This document shows positions 50,040 to 61,725 of a stretch of DNA of 64,000 bases, piece after piece (the first letter of the stretch is position 1; each line of letters starts with the position of its first letter). The position numbers and the translations under genes are program-made. The notes below the pieces were generated by a model that saw only the letters and a list, made by a program, of their open reading frames with translations, searched no databases and was not told where the DNA came from. Origin of the DNA: Tricharina praecox. Lineage: Eukaryota. The stretch is taken from contig NW_026250403.1 of assembly GCF_024521635.1 (NCBI RefSeq), positions 1,922,001-1,986,000 of the forward strand, given 5' to 3'.

Positions 50040-52131
50040 GTAAATAACAATTGATGAGCTTTTTTTCCGTGCCGTTAGAGGGTGTAAGGAGGGGTGTTTG
50101 GTTTTTTTGCTTTCTCTTTACACGTGACTTTTCCATCTTTTCCTTGGCTTTTTTCTTATTTGGCTGCGATGTGGGTTCTCTTTTCTTTTCCTTCCCGTTC
50201 TTAGTTGTTTTGGCACCCGATAACTTGCTTGCTTTAACTTCATCCCGCCTTTCTTTGTGGCTATGGTTCTTGCATGAGGGTTGGAAGAGAGTGGGTGGAT
50301 GAGACGATGGAGAGCACGAGTTGTATATCTACTTTGAGACGGAAGCTGTTTGTTTGCGCGCTATGATGTTTCCTTTTTTAAGTTACCCTCATACCATTTA
50401 CCATCAGGACCAATTATCTGCTACTTTCGGCCCGTATGTGGTGTCTTTTCGGCCAGATTGATGGCAACACGACATACGTATGGTTTATTCGTAAGAAACG
50501 AGACTTGGGGCACCTCTTGAGTCTGGCCGACTATCGACTAATGAACTTTCCACTCTACCCTGTCGCATTTGGTACATATGGTGCCAGGCCGCGGCCGGCT
50601 GAGATGAAGCCCGGACGCTCCCCGCTCCGGGATTAATACTGGAACTATATACGAGCCCCGAGTCAGCCCAATCCACAGAGTAGTCCATCTGTCCATCCAT
50701 CCAGGGCATTCCTGCAATCTACATACGACTCGAGCCGCACGATCAGCAGCCAAGCTGTGCTTCACTCCGCGACCACCCCAGCGCAAGCCCGGGTTGAGGT
50801 CTGGCTAGCCGGGGACATCCTCGACCTGTCACTAACGGGGTGGGGGAAGGGGGGATCTTCCCGCGGCAACCTGCAGAGCAGAGTTGCTCGGTGATATTCT
50901 ACATACGGGAAGCCTGTCGATGACTAATTAGGGGAGGTGGGACTCGAGTGGATGGATGTGTTCGGGAACTGGCGGCGACTGTGCGCGGGAATTGCAAAGT
51001 GCTACATAAGTAAGTATGTAGGCCGCGCAAAAGTGCGGGTGGCCGCTTTTGCCTGCGTGGGCCTGGGGGGGCTGTGGAGATGGCCGGCTGGCCGGTGGGA
51101 GATGATTATCTGGGTTTACATGGCACTAGATATCGCTCGGCAATCGCTTAGATCTATCCTACATGGGGTAAATCAATCTCTCCACTTCCGGGAGTGGGGG
51201 CATCACGACTCGCGAGAGGAGGCGGAACTACCTATGTATTCAGGGCTTTTTACAAAGTAATGTCGTGACCAAAGTCGACTGAATATATTGCGATGAAATG
51301 AAAGAAACATAAATGAATCAGATGAAATGCTCATTATATCTAAAGAAATCCGAAACTGGTCGAAAACACTACGATGAAAGCAAAAGAAATAGTCAAAATC
51401 ATCAGACATCGACCCTAGTAAATCTGTATTCTCTGAGACTGCTAGATATAAATCCGAGCGGTAGTACTACTGGAGACCTTCGGCATCAATCGGGCCCCAG
51501 TTTTTGCTACTGAATGTACCGGTAAGGGCTACGTTACTCACCGATGCTGTTAGTTCTTTAGCTTTCGAAATTTGAATGACGGGTACTGACCTGGAGGTGT
51601 GATGTTGCTTATCACATGTGACTGTCGCTGTTCTCGCTCGCCGTTATCCCGAATATCTGATACTTCTCCATCGGGGACTCTATCAGTACAGAGTTTCTCA
51701 AGTAAGGGACGAGTCAATAACTTGCCTATTTTTGATGGGTCTGGAAGGATAATTGGCCCGGGAAAATGGTTCCAGCTGGAGCTCGCGCTGGGATCGCGGG
51801 AGGGGTCCAGCGACCTACTTTGATGCTGATCCGGCTCGAAGATATCATCAATTGCTACGTGTTCATCCAGAGACTGTCAGTAAAGACGTTTCACGAGATG
51901 GGCAAAGTCGGTAGCATGCCTTTTTGGGGTTCGCCTCGAGGAAGACTACGAGGCAGCAAATCACTCCAGAAGCTGCTCCCGCTGGGATCCCCAAGGGGGT
52001 CGGGTGACGCAATCCGATGCTGTTCTTCCTCGTCCCCATCAAGGACTATGCAGATAGGGTGCTCGGGTGCCACCTATTAATCCAGAGATCGTGTCAGCAA
52101 AGCGTTCCCCAAGAAATGGATGAAGGCAGTA

Positions 52132-55100
52132 TCATGCCTTCCTTTGATCCTCGCCTTCATCTCCCTCGTCTGCATCTCCCTCGTCCGTGACATCTATATA
52201 ACTCCGGCCGATACCCCTCTTCTTGAAGCAAGAATCACAATACCACTTCTCGTTGTGGCGCGGTGCCCATGACAACCCAACACAGCTTAAATGAAACCAC
52301 TTGCGTGGACACTTTTCACCATCACACGCCAGCAACATTTCGTCGCTAGTCTCGTTACAGTGACAGCACGTATTTTTTCCTTCCCCCTTATCGGATTGGA
52401 ATAAGGTGGGATTTAGTTGTAGTCGTATTTGAGCTTCCTGTTGGAGCTGTAATAGCCGGAAATACTCATAGAGTTGCCACTGAGAACAACTTTGAACTTG
52501 TAGCTTGAGTTCACCCCATGTCGGATTCCAATCACCCGGCGGCCGGAGGAAATCGAGCTTTTCGATGATGGGTATATGTTCCTTCAGTGGATATCGTTTG
52601 TCAAGCGTAGCGATTTCAGAAGGCTTGTTGCTGAGTGTGAAAACAGCTTCGAGCTCCTGGCGGGTCATCATAGGCAGACCTGATGGTATCCGATCGCCAA
52701 TTCGCACAGCAATTTTTTCTGCGAATATATTAGTACATATTGCACTAAACCTAGCCACTGGTAAAACTTACCGGATTGCGCCACGAGAATGGACATATAA
52801 AGCTCTGGGAGATTCAGCCGATATGCCCGTGACCTTGCTTCTCCCCAAGTCTTGACCTCGAATATCGAACTGTAGTCTTCGCAATCCCTTCCATCGGTCG
52901 CTATGAGGCAGTCGTCGAGCTGGGCGGGATCTTTCGAGGCGAAGGTGAGTAAAAGCGGGGAGTCTCCGCAGATCCGATGATTATTCCTGAGTGTAAGCAA
53001 TTGCAATTGCGCAAAATGATCCAAGTCCTTCATCCGCTGCAGCCTGTGGTATTCCATGAATTTCCATTCCAGCTCTGAATATGGCAGTACTCCTCTTCCG
53101 GTTTGAGGATCGTCAAAGAAAATCTGGATAGGGCTGTTAGATAGGACTTCATTCAAAGCCTGTGTATATGCAACCGTTTCGCGTGGCGACATTCTTTCGA
53201 CTTCCTTCTCGATTTGGTTGGCAAACTGAACGATGAAGCGTATGTAACGAGTGATTTTCAATTTCTCGGCAGATGTGAGAAGCAGTTTACGTAGCTCAGT
53301 ACCCGACGGGATGAGGGGCTTAGAGGAGTACTCCCTGAGAACGTTTTGCTAAATATGGCATTAGATGGATTCCTACAAATGGAACGGATTACGTTACCCT
53401 ATGAAGCAGTGATACGGCACTTGCGGTACGTCCGCCCAAAAGTAAGAAGGATGACACCAGTCTTAGAGCCCTATAATCGGAAAGAAGAAGCCTGATCCCA
53501 GCGAGATGCTGTGCCCATTTAGGAAAACCGATAGCCCCATCGGCGTGTTTGACGTCTGGTATCGGCTTCTCCCACAGACGATACGCTGCTTCTATCTGTT
53601 GCGGCACAATTTGCTTATGTGAGTCATAGTTACGGGGGTTCCTTACTTTCCGAAGCGAATGTATCCTCGAAAGTCCTCCTACTACGGGGCTACCCTCCTC
53701 CACCACAAAAAACCAACACTCGTGCTTTGGATGCCCTAGATTCCTCTCAGTTCCGAATACACTTCCGTCAGGAGGGTCCTCGTATGTTGGTCTGGCCTTT
53801 GTATCAATGTCTGCTGGCCTGGTAAGAGTGAGAGGCGCCGTGCTCCTAGTTGATCGTTTGCGCGATATGCTTATCAAGTCTAGAACCTAGGGCTCTCGTG
53901 TTAGCCGGGAAGGCTTAGAGAACCTATCCATACTACCTCAGTATTTTCAGGCGGATTCTGACGGTGCTTTGCTAAATCGGCGTGATAATCTTTTATGTGC
54001 CTCTGAAGCGCCACTTTCGAAGGTAGGCCAATGTCCTGGTATGTGCAGTTTTCATCGGGGCACTTGAATGGCAAATCATGTCTATCTTCATGTTTCTTGC
54101 GCTGGAGAGCTGTCTCAAACCCTTCGATAGTAGGTAATGGACATGATTGTCGATTGCACTTGTAGAGTTTCTGTCCATACAGTCTTCGTAGAGTTTCCAC
54201 GTCGTCTGGATTAGTTGTGCTTGCCGCATTAGAGTCCCCCTCGAGAATATCCTCCAACATCTTCCGGAGTCGCCTGTTTGCTCTTTCTATGACCAACGGG
54301 TTGTTATGGTTGCACCACGCTTCAAGCGCTGGTCCCACAAATCAGTCATCTTTTTCTATTTCCATAAGATCGATGTAGTACCTTCAGTTCCGCCGCCTAT
54401 CTTTCGCCCTAACTGTCTGCGATATTCAACGATCATTCTAAGGCCTGGATGTCCCGCGTTTTCCGACCGAGGAACCATTGATTGACTGGAAAGCACCTGT
54501 TTAGCCTTCTGAGTGGAGTGCTTCTCGAAAACTCGTCGAAGAGGATCGGAGAGTGTATCGCATTGGGGATAGCGGCGGTAAGCTTCCAATATGTGCTTCA
54601 CCCAGCTTCCTTGCGCATAGTCGTAAAGTCGTAGGTCGCCGTTCAGAATCAAGGCAGTGGCTTCTTCGTCGCCTACATCTTCATCGAAACACCTGAAGGC
54701 AAAATAATTTGTGCAGGTAGTCGCGATTTCGAGCTGTGATATCCCGCGATCCACGAACGGGCCGCTATGAGGGCTCAGAAGGTACCTGAATGCTGTGAGC
54801 GTCACATCTTGGCAATGGTAGCGATAACTAACTCCTTTGCAGAAAAATGCACGAAAACCAAGGTATCTTCGCCGACAATCTCCACAATTGGCCCACATAT
54901 ATTTCGGAGTTGTGAACGGAGAGGCCTTTCGGAATTGTGAACAGTGATGTGGCCGGATATTATCGCACAAGCGTCTTCTAGTTCTCTCATGGTAAGAGCT
55001 CGGGTTGCACAAGTCATCCAACGGAGTACTTTCTTCGCCAAAGCTCGTTGCTCTTGGTCTAACGAGTTGATCCGGTCCAAGATTCTTTCATAGCTATATA

Positions 55101-57124
55101 TGCGGCATCTAAGTAACATTGCGCAATCGCATGAGTAAAGGGCACTCACGCTTGATCGAGCCCTTTTGGGAGGTTGTTTAGAGTTTCGGTAATTTGCTTG
55201 ATCGTCACCTTGGAGAGCAAGCCTTTGATGACCAACCGTACCCATAGAAACATGCCTTCCCTTGGTTTAGCATATGCGCACTGGCGCCCAAGACGAGGAG
55301 TATTACCATCAGCACGACCAGAGAGTGAATTGATGATGTGCTCTCGCATATCTGGTGCCTCTTCTAGTTCCAGCTCCTCGAATAAGTCGTCAGTAGCTGA
55401 TTCGATGTATGTGCGAATATCTTTCTTGTTCTGTCATGCAGTGTACAATCAGTCAGCTTCACGTTTAGATTCTAGCCAAATGAATTATGAGCGTGCGTAC
55501 CTTGTTTCCGACAGCAATTCGTTTAGTCTTCTTCAGGAGAAACTTGCGTATGTCCGGAAGGTCTTGGCTTGCAACAAATAGCCTTACTGTGCCATTGAAC
55601 GGAGATTCGACCAAATATCTCGACAATATTGGTAGAAGGGTTGCGCGTTCCGCTGAGGGAAGCTCATCTAAACCATCAATGATGACGTAGATGTGACTTG
55701 AGGTGGATGGCGAACTCGCGCTAATCAGGCTGCTCAAGATCGTCTTGCACTTTAAGGAGTTGATCGAATGCGGGCTAGCTACGTACTCCGCGTACACATA
55801 AGGTATAAGCTGCTCATCATGAAGTATCATCTGATATATGAAGCTCCGGAGTATTGCTAGACAGGTGTTCTTGTCTGGTTCTTTGTAGCTGCAGAAGAAG
55901 TATAGCACAGGTGGTGGGTTGGGGTGTTGGGATTCGAAGTAATCAAGCACCGATGCAGTGAGAATTGTTTTCCCTGTAGCAAGAACGCAATGTTAGGATT
56001 CGCATGGGGTGGATCTATAAACATCACTCACCTGCGCCTGGTTTTCCGGTAAGCCACAAGTTGCAATCTCCAGCGAGCCATTCCTGTATTTCCACCGATC
56101 GAAGAAGCCACTTGCTTGTTCTCGGTGTTCTTAACTGTAGGGCATTGTCTTTTGATACATCCACGTCTGCTGGAGAGAGCCAATCCGAGCATTGCTTCTT
56201 TCGCTTCGCTCCTCTTTCCCGCGTAGTCTCCTCAAACCGCTCCCGCGCGAATTCTCTGGATATTTGCGCTCTTGCAATATCCTCGGCACAAGCTTCATTG
56301 TCGATCAATTGCTGGTGGCTTTTGATGTTCAACAAGATGTTCCGAAATCTGGACTCAAAGTCGTTCCATGAGAAACTGAACAGTATCTTCCAGGCTAGCT
56401 CAAGTAATAGGTTAACTAGAGTTTAACGGAGATAATTGAGGAGAGTGTCTTTATGTACCTCCTCGTCGGAAGAATTTGAGAGTCCGTCTATAAAAATCTA
56501 GAATGTCCTCATACAGAAGTGAGATGACATACTGTATCCGCTCGCTGTAGCAGAAGATGGTTGCATAAAGGGAGAAACGGGGGAGATTCTCGCCGATTTT
56601 CTGAAAGGCATCCAGTAACTTTTCGAAGCTCTCGATGTATCCGCCAGATAACTAAGTACTTGCTTAGTTGTCTCGTTGGTAAAAGGAAAATACCGTGCAA
56701 TTCAGCTAAGCTGAACGGCGTTGCCATAGTACCTGCAAGAGTAACTTTAAGGGTCCCTGAAGAAGACGTGGGCGTGAGCGGCGAGTCTGATTTGTAATAC
56801 TTCGGGAACCAAGGAATAACAAACCCAGAGAAGAGATCCTATCTCAGGCTTCGCCTGAATGAGGACTTCAATCACCTTCGCGTATTGTGACAGGCAGTTG
56901 ATGAATGGCTCAAGGCGCTTCATGTTCCGTAGCGACTTTCTTGTACTCTGCTCCGCTTCCAGATTCGTAATCAATACCCATACCTCATCCACGGTGTTGA
57001 TTCGATGGAACGATTTCTTTTCTTCAGCATTAAGACTGTCCAGAAAACGGCCGATTGCTCGTTCGAACGCTGATAGTACTGCTGATGGTACTGCTGCTGG
57101 TGGTACTGCTGCCGGTAGTGACAT
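52132..57124 (-). CDS. NLR-like NACHT (STAND) NTPase with helical N-terminal domain, winged helix, tandem C2H2 fingers and C-terminal ING-type PHD finger; 13 exons, ~1430 aa, possibly extended at the 3' end
   Basis: Exons 57124-56825, 56756-56733, 56651-56459, 56394-56032, 55973-55501, 55430-55307, 55255-55150, 55093-54833, 54785-54382, 54328-53937, 53886-53398, 53348-52772 and 52718-52132 total 4293 nt with all phases compatible. Walker A LWLTGKPGAG|KT, YFFC, Walker B YVIIDGLDE, ADGMFLWVRLV, LPKGLDQAYERIL, VHFSAKEYL. Confidence 0.82.
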
Positions 57125-57393
57125 GCTGACTCGAGGCGTGAAGGACGATAAGAAAGATTGTGAGCGTGTGAAGTGGCAATGCGTGCGTGCGAAACCCTGG
57201 GTTTAAGTGCGCATGCGAAACTCCCAATTCAAGTGCGCGTGAGCGGGGTCCTGGGTTACACAGGCTCCGCCCTGGCTCCGCCCTGGCCACGCCCTCAGCC
57301 CCCACACCTAGGCGAGAATTGAACATTCCCGGTATATATGCCTTCCCGGCACACCCCAAGCACAAACTGCACAAACTACACGAGCGTTTCGCC
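57125..57393. promoter_or_regulatory. Putative 269-bp bidirectional promoter between the NACHT and SNF2 genes
   Basis: Divergent ATGs at 57124 (-) and 57394 (+). Contains TATATA at ~57333 and a repeated CACAAACT. Confidence 0.55.
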
Positions 57394-60300
57394 ATGAACA
57401 GATCAACCACTTCGTCCATCACTCGGTCTACCGATTTTCTTTCTGTTCCGAGCACAAAGCGTCAGCGCACCAGCAAGGACGGAAGATGGCGCTCGAGATC
57501 ACCAAGCGAGTCATCGAATGGAGATATGTCCCGATCAACCACCCCGATGTTCGACCAGAGCCCATCGCCTAGTGCTGGTAGCTCAACATCCATGGAGTTT
57601 GAGTGGAGCCAAAGCATCGGCCAGCAAGCACAGATCGCACAAGGGGAAGATTGTCACACTGCAGACGAAGTCGCAGACGACGAAGAATGTTTTGGTACAG
57701 TGAGTCTTTTGGGCCGGGTACTTGCAGGCATTGAACATGGTCTCTGAGATAACAAGATTTGCTGTCATTGCAGCTCTACCAGAGACGTTTTAGAAACCCT
57801 CCAAGCTCGATGTTCCAGTTCATCTGTATTTCACGTATCTTTAACGATCGTCGCACCTGCATCGAAAAGTGTGGAGCTGTCTTTGCAGACTGGAGACGGC
57901 ACAATCCTCGGCCATATTGAGCAGAATATTCGAACTACACTTCATTCTTTGCTCGTTCGAGATCTGGTTAGGATCCAAGGCGTTGCTCTTCTCCCGTTCG
58001 GTTACAACCAAGTTCGCTCCAAATCGAATCAGAAGGTGACAACCGAAGTCTATCTCAACGTTTTCGGCCCTCCAGAGGTTGCAGCTCCAGTAGGGAGGTT
58101 TCTGTCGGACAATTCGGTGTTTCTACAACATCCAATATTCCCGGAACCCGGTTTCGCGTACAAAAACCCTCATTTGATCTCAAAATGTTATTCCGGAATT
58201 ATCACCGAGTGCACAGCCACTGGCGGAGTCCCGGTAATACCAAACAAGCCAGTACTGAATAATTGTACAGCAGTCCTTGAGGCCACCGAGTTGCTGGACT
58301 TCTTCAACAACATCGGCAAAGCAGCGATAATGGATGAAGTACATGGTGACCATAATCTCAAAACCCCACTTATGAGGTGATTAACCCGCTGCTTTTTCAA
58401 GCAATTAAGCTAATCCTTCGAAGTCACCAAAAGCAGGCTTTATATTTTCTCCTACGAAGGGAACGGGGACTTTCTGTCTTCGACACGTCTTCAGCCGCAA
58501 TAGGAAAGATTACATGGTTAGCGAAGACATCGAAATTTTCCATTTCTTATACTGATGCTGCACCATGCGTGATCTAGTGATATCAAGGGAGGGATACTTG
58601 CGGATCATATGGGACTCGGAAAAACATTATCGATTCTATCTTTGATTACCGGCACGTTGGAAGAAGCCCGCCGAGTGAGAGCCCAAGAGCCCATCGGCAG
58701 AATTTGTGCGAGTGGAACTACCCTCATCGTGACTCCCGTTTCAAGTCAGTGGCTCATCGTCTTCGTGAAGATAACTCACCGACTCGTAAGCTAACGTATC
58801 ATTTCAGCGCTGGGAAACTGGGAGCAACAGATATCGACGTATGAACCCTCTTTCTGGAAACATAATCCACTTTTATGTCTGACGATTATTAGGCATGTCC
58901 TACCAGGAAGGTTGAGCGTACTCGTCTACCATGGCAAGAACCGGGCCGGAAACTCGAATGCCGCAACCCTGTCTCGATACGACATTATACTTACAACTCC
59001 ATCCGTCGTCTCCCATGAATGGAGCTCTGCTCATCATCCACTTCACGAGCTGGAATTTTACCGTCTCGTGATCGATGAGGCGCACGATATTCGAACCGAG
59101 AAGACACAGCGCTCGCGAGCTATATGCGCTCTCAATGCCGGACGTCGCTGGGCCGTCACAGGAACACCAATCCAAAACAATCTTATGGACATCGCCACGC
59201 TTTTCAAGTTCTTGCGGTACAAGCCTCTCCATACTGCCGTCGGCTTCAAAAAATACGTCCTTACCTCGCAGCCCGGGACAAAAACCGGCATTGATAATCT
59301 TCGGTCTGCATTGAAAGCAGTTTGCTTACGTAGAGCAAAGAGCATCATCGATTTACCGGAAAGGAAGGAGCAGATAAGGTTCCTGAGTTTCAACACTGAG
59401 GAGAAGGCCTTGTACGAATTCCATAAACGGCTTTTATCCCGAGAATATAACGCTATGTCCTCATCCGGTCCTGCGGAGGCTCTCAAATGTTTATTAAAGC
59501 TGCGCATGATTTGTGACCACGGACATGACCTGATATCTACGGGATCGTCGACGGCATCTTCCGCTCTTGAACCATCGATAACCTGCTGCGTTTGTAATCA
59601 GCAGATTACAAGTCACATGCAGTTTGAAGGGCTGGGCTGTCCCCATCGATCCATGTGTGCTGGATGCATAGAAATAGTGCCACTAACCGACAGCGACATG
59701 AGAGACTGTGATCAGTGCTCCGTCGACGAGGTTACGACACCGGAAGCGACCCCAAGCTTACTACTATCGGACTATCCAGTCTGTCCGCGCCCTTCCACCA
59801 AGGTCAAAGCGTTGCTACAGATGATTCTTAGCGAGAATACAGACGACGGTAACGTGAAATCAAAGCAGTGAGTTTGCAGCATCAACCCGCCTCATCCTCC
59901 GTGACTTACACCCGGGCAGTGTTGTTTTTTCCGAATGGACACGAATGCTCGACCTCGTTGGGTTCGCTTTGCACAATTCGGGGATCAAATTTTGCCGTCT
60001 AGATGGATCGATGCAAAGATCCCGACGCGACGCAGCCCTCTGTGAATATCGCGAGAATCCGCAGTGTACTGTGATATTGATATCCCTCATGGCCGGCGGA
60101 GTAGGGTACGCGCATGCTCTCGCCCATGTTTCGGGGTCCTGGCTGACAACAGATTTTCAGAATTGACCTTACCTGTGCGTCTAGAGTACACCTCATGGAG
60201 CCGCACTGGTATACACATCCATCCCGCTCGAGTATGCCTGCAGAGCTGATGAGTTACATACAGGAATCCGATGGTCGAGCTTCAAGCGCTTGAGCGAGTC

Positions 60301-60664
60301 CACAGGTTCGGTCAACAACGTGACGTATTGATAACTCGATACATCATGCAAGATTCGTTCGAAAACGTAAGCACGCACTCCTTAATGAAATGATCGGTAC
60401 AAAGGGAGGGGGGAAAAGGGCTGACTTCGAGAAGGACATCCTGAGGCGCCAGAAACTGAAGTTGGATATGGCGAAACAGTCACTGGACGCGGGAAAGGCT
60501 CACATCATGAAGTGTGATATCAGGCAGGAGATCATCGCAGTAAGTTCCCTTGATGTTCGCTCTTTGGGCAGTAAGCTGATCATAAATAGAGCCTGGGCTC
60601 GATGTTGTCAACGGGCTCATTATCGTCAGACCCTGGAGGAAATGCCCACGAACAAGCGTTCTAG
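57394..60664 (+). CDS. Rad5/Rad16/SMARCA3-like SNF2 ATPase with an internal RING-like finger, multi-exon
   Basis: SHQKQAL, motif I GGILADHMGLGKT, TTLIVTPVS, motif II RLVIDEAH, motif III RWAVTGTPIQN, RING-like CCVC..CPHRSMCAGC..CDQC, STKVKAL, VVFSEWTRMLDLV, RLDGSM, LISLMAGGVG|IDLT, MEPHW|NPMVELQALERVHRFGQ. Last predicted exon 60590-60664. Confidence 0.88.
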
Positions 60665-61017
60665 TTATCACTCGGTCGTCTGCAACGCTCCAGTCATGCG
60701 CAGAAAACTCGCTGGCTGTATGGCAATATGGAAATGTAATCATTCTCTACGAAGTCAAGGGGAATCATACAAATGGATTGAGAAAAGCAACTGTTTGAGT
60801 GTCGGCAGAGAAAAAAAAGTTGCGGAAAGTCATAACTGCCGGTCTTATTTCGTAGCACACTCCCATACTTCCAACCGCATTTCACGTTTCACATCTGACC
60901 CTACTTTACAAGGCGTTTCCGATGCAAAAAAGCATTTATCCTCGATCCCAGTATTCAAGCCGACCATTCATATTGCCCCAGAGTCAGAGTACCATCAACA
61001 ATCCAACCATTCCCAAA

Positions 61018-61725
61018 CTAGACCAACACAATCCTTCCGGCACCGCGAGCACGGCGTGTTGCACTGAGGCAGTAGCTAGCCACATATCCCGCGGCAAAGA
61101 ACAGCAGCACGCTGACAACCAGCGTGTAAATATTCAGAGTTCTTCCCTCGCCCTGGTACCTGCGTTTCTGGGCTTCCACCAACGCGAACAGCGTTACGAC
61201 GACGAGCGTGTTTGCGACGATGGCAGCGATGACGATGCGGAGAGAAAGGAGCCTGCGGAGCCCAGGGCAGCTCTGCATGTTCCACAGGCAGACGTAGATT
61301 ATGGTGACGGCGAGGACGATCGTGCTGGCGATCTTGCTGTATAGCCCAAGGGTGCGCGCGCGCTCGGGGTACGAGCTGTTGGAGTGGTGCGCGAAAAGAC
61401 ACCATACGAACACGGTGTGCGCCAGGATGGGGATGATGCTGAGCGCGGAAATTATGTGTCTCTGGAATGGCGAGCAATCAGCACTGAAGGGAAGCGACGG
61501 GATGGAACATGTGTGGATTATGCGTACCTTGGTGGCGTCCTCGGGGTACCTGCTCTGGCACCCGTGGTGCGAACTCTCAGACTCCATGATGGCAGCTTGG
61601 ATAACGGAGACGGGAACGGTCTCCTCGTTTTGGAGGTTTCGTGAGGCCATCCAGAGACGGAGTTCCCTCGCGGTCTGAAGGCTCAGGATGACCGGATCCT
61701 GCTCTGCGACTGACGACTCCGACAT
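61018..61725 (-). CDS. Hypothetical small multi-pass membrane protein (~4 TM); probable in-frame intron 61462-61527
   Basis: ATG at 61725, several hydrophobic helices, and a GTACGC..GCTGAT..CAG intron of 66 nt. Confidence 0.6.
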   Translation of the reverse strand: MSESSVAEQDPVILSLQTARELRLWMASRNLQNEETVPVSVIQAAIMESESSHHGCQSRYPEDATKVRIIHTCSIPSLPFSADCSPFQRHIISALSIIPILAHTVFVWCLFAHHSNSSYPERARTLGLYSKIASTIVLAVTIIYVCLWNMQSCPGLRRLLSLRIVIAAIVANTLVVVTLFALVEAQKRRYQGEGRTLNIYTLVVSVLLFFAAGYVASYCLSATRRARGAGRIVLV

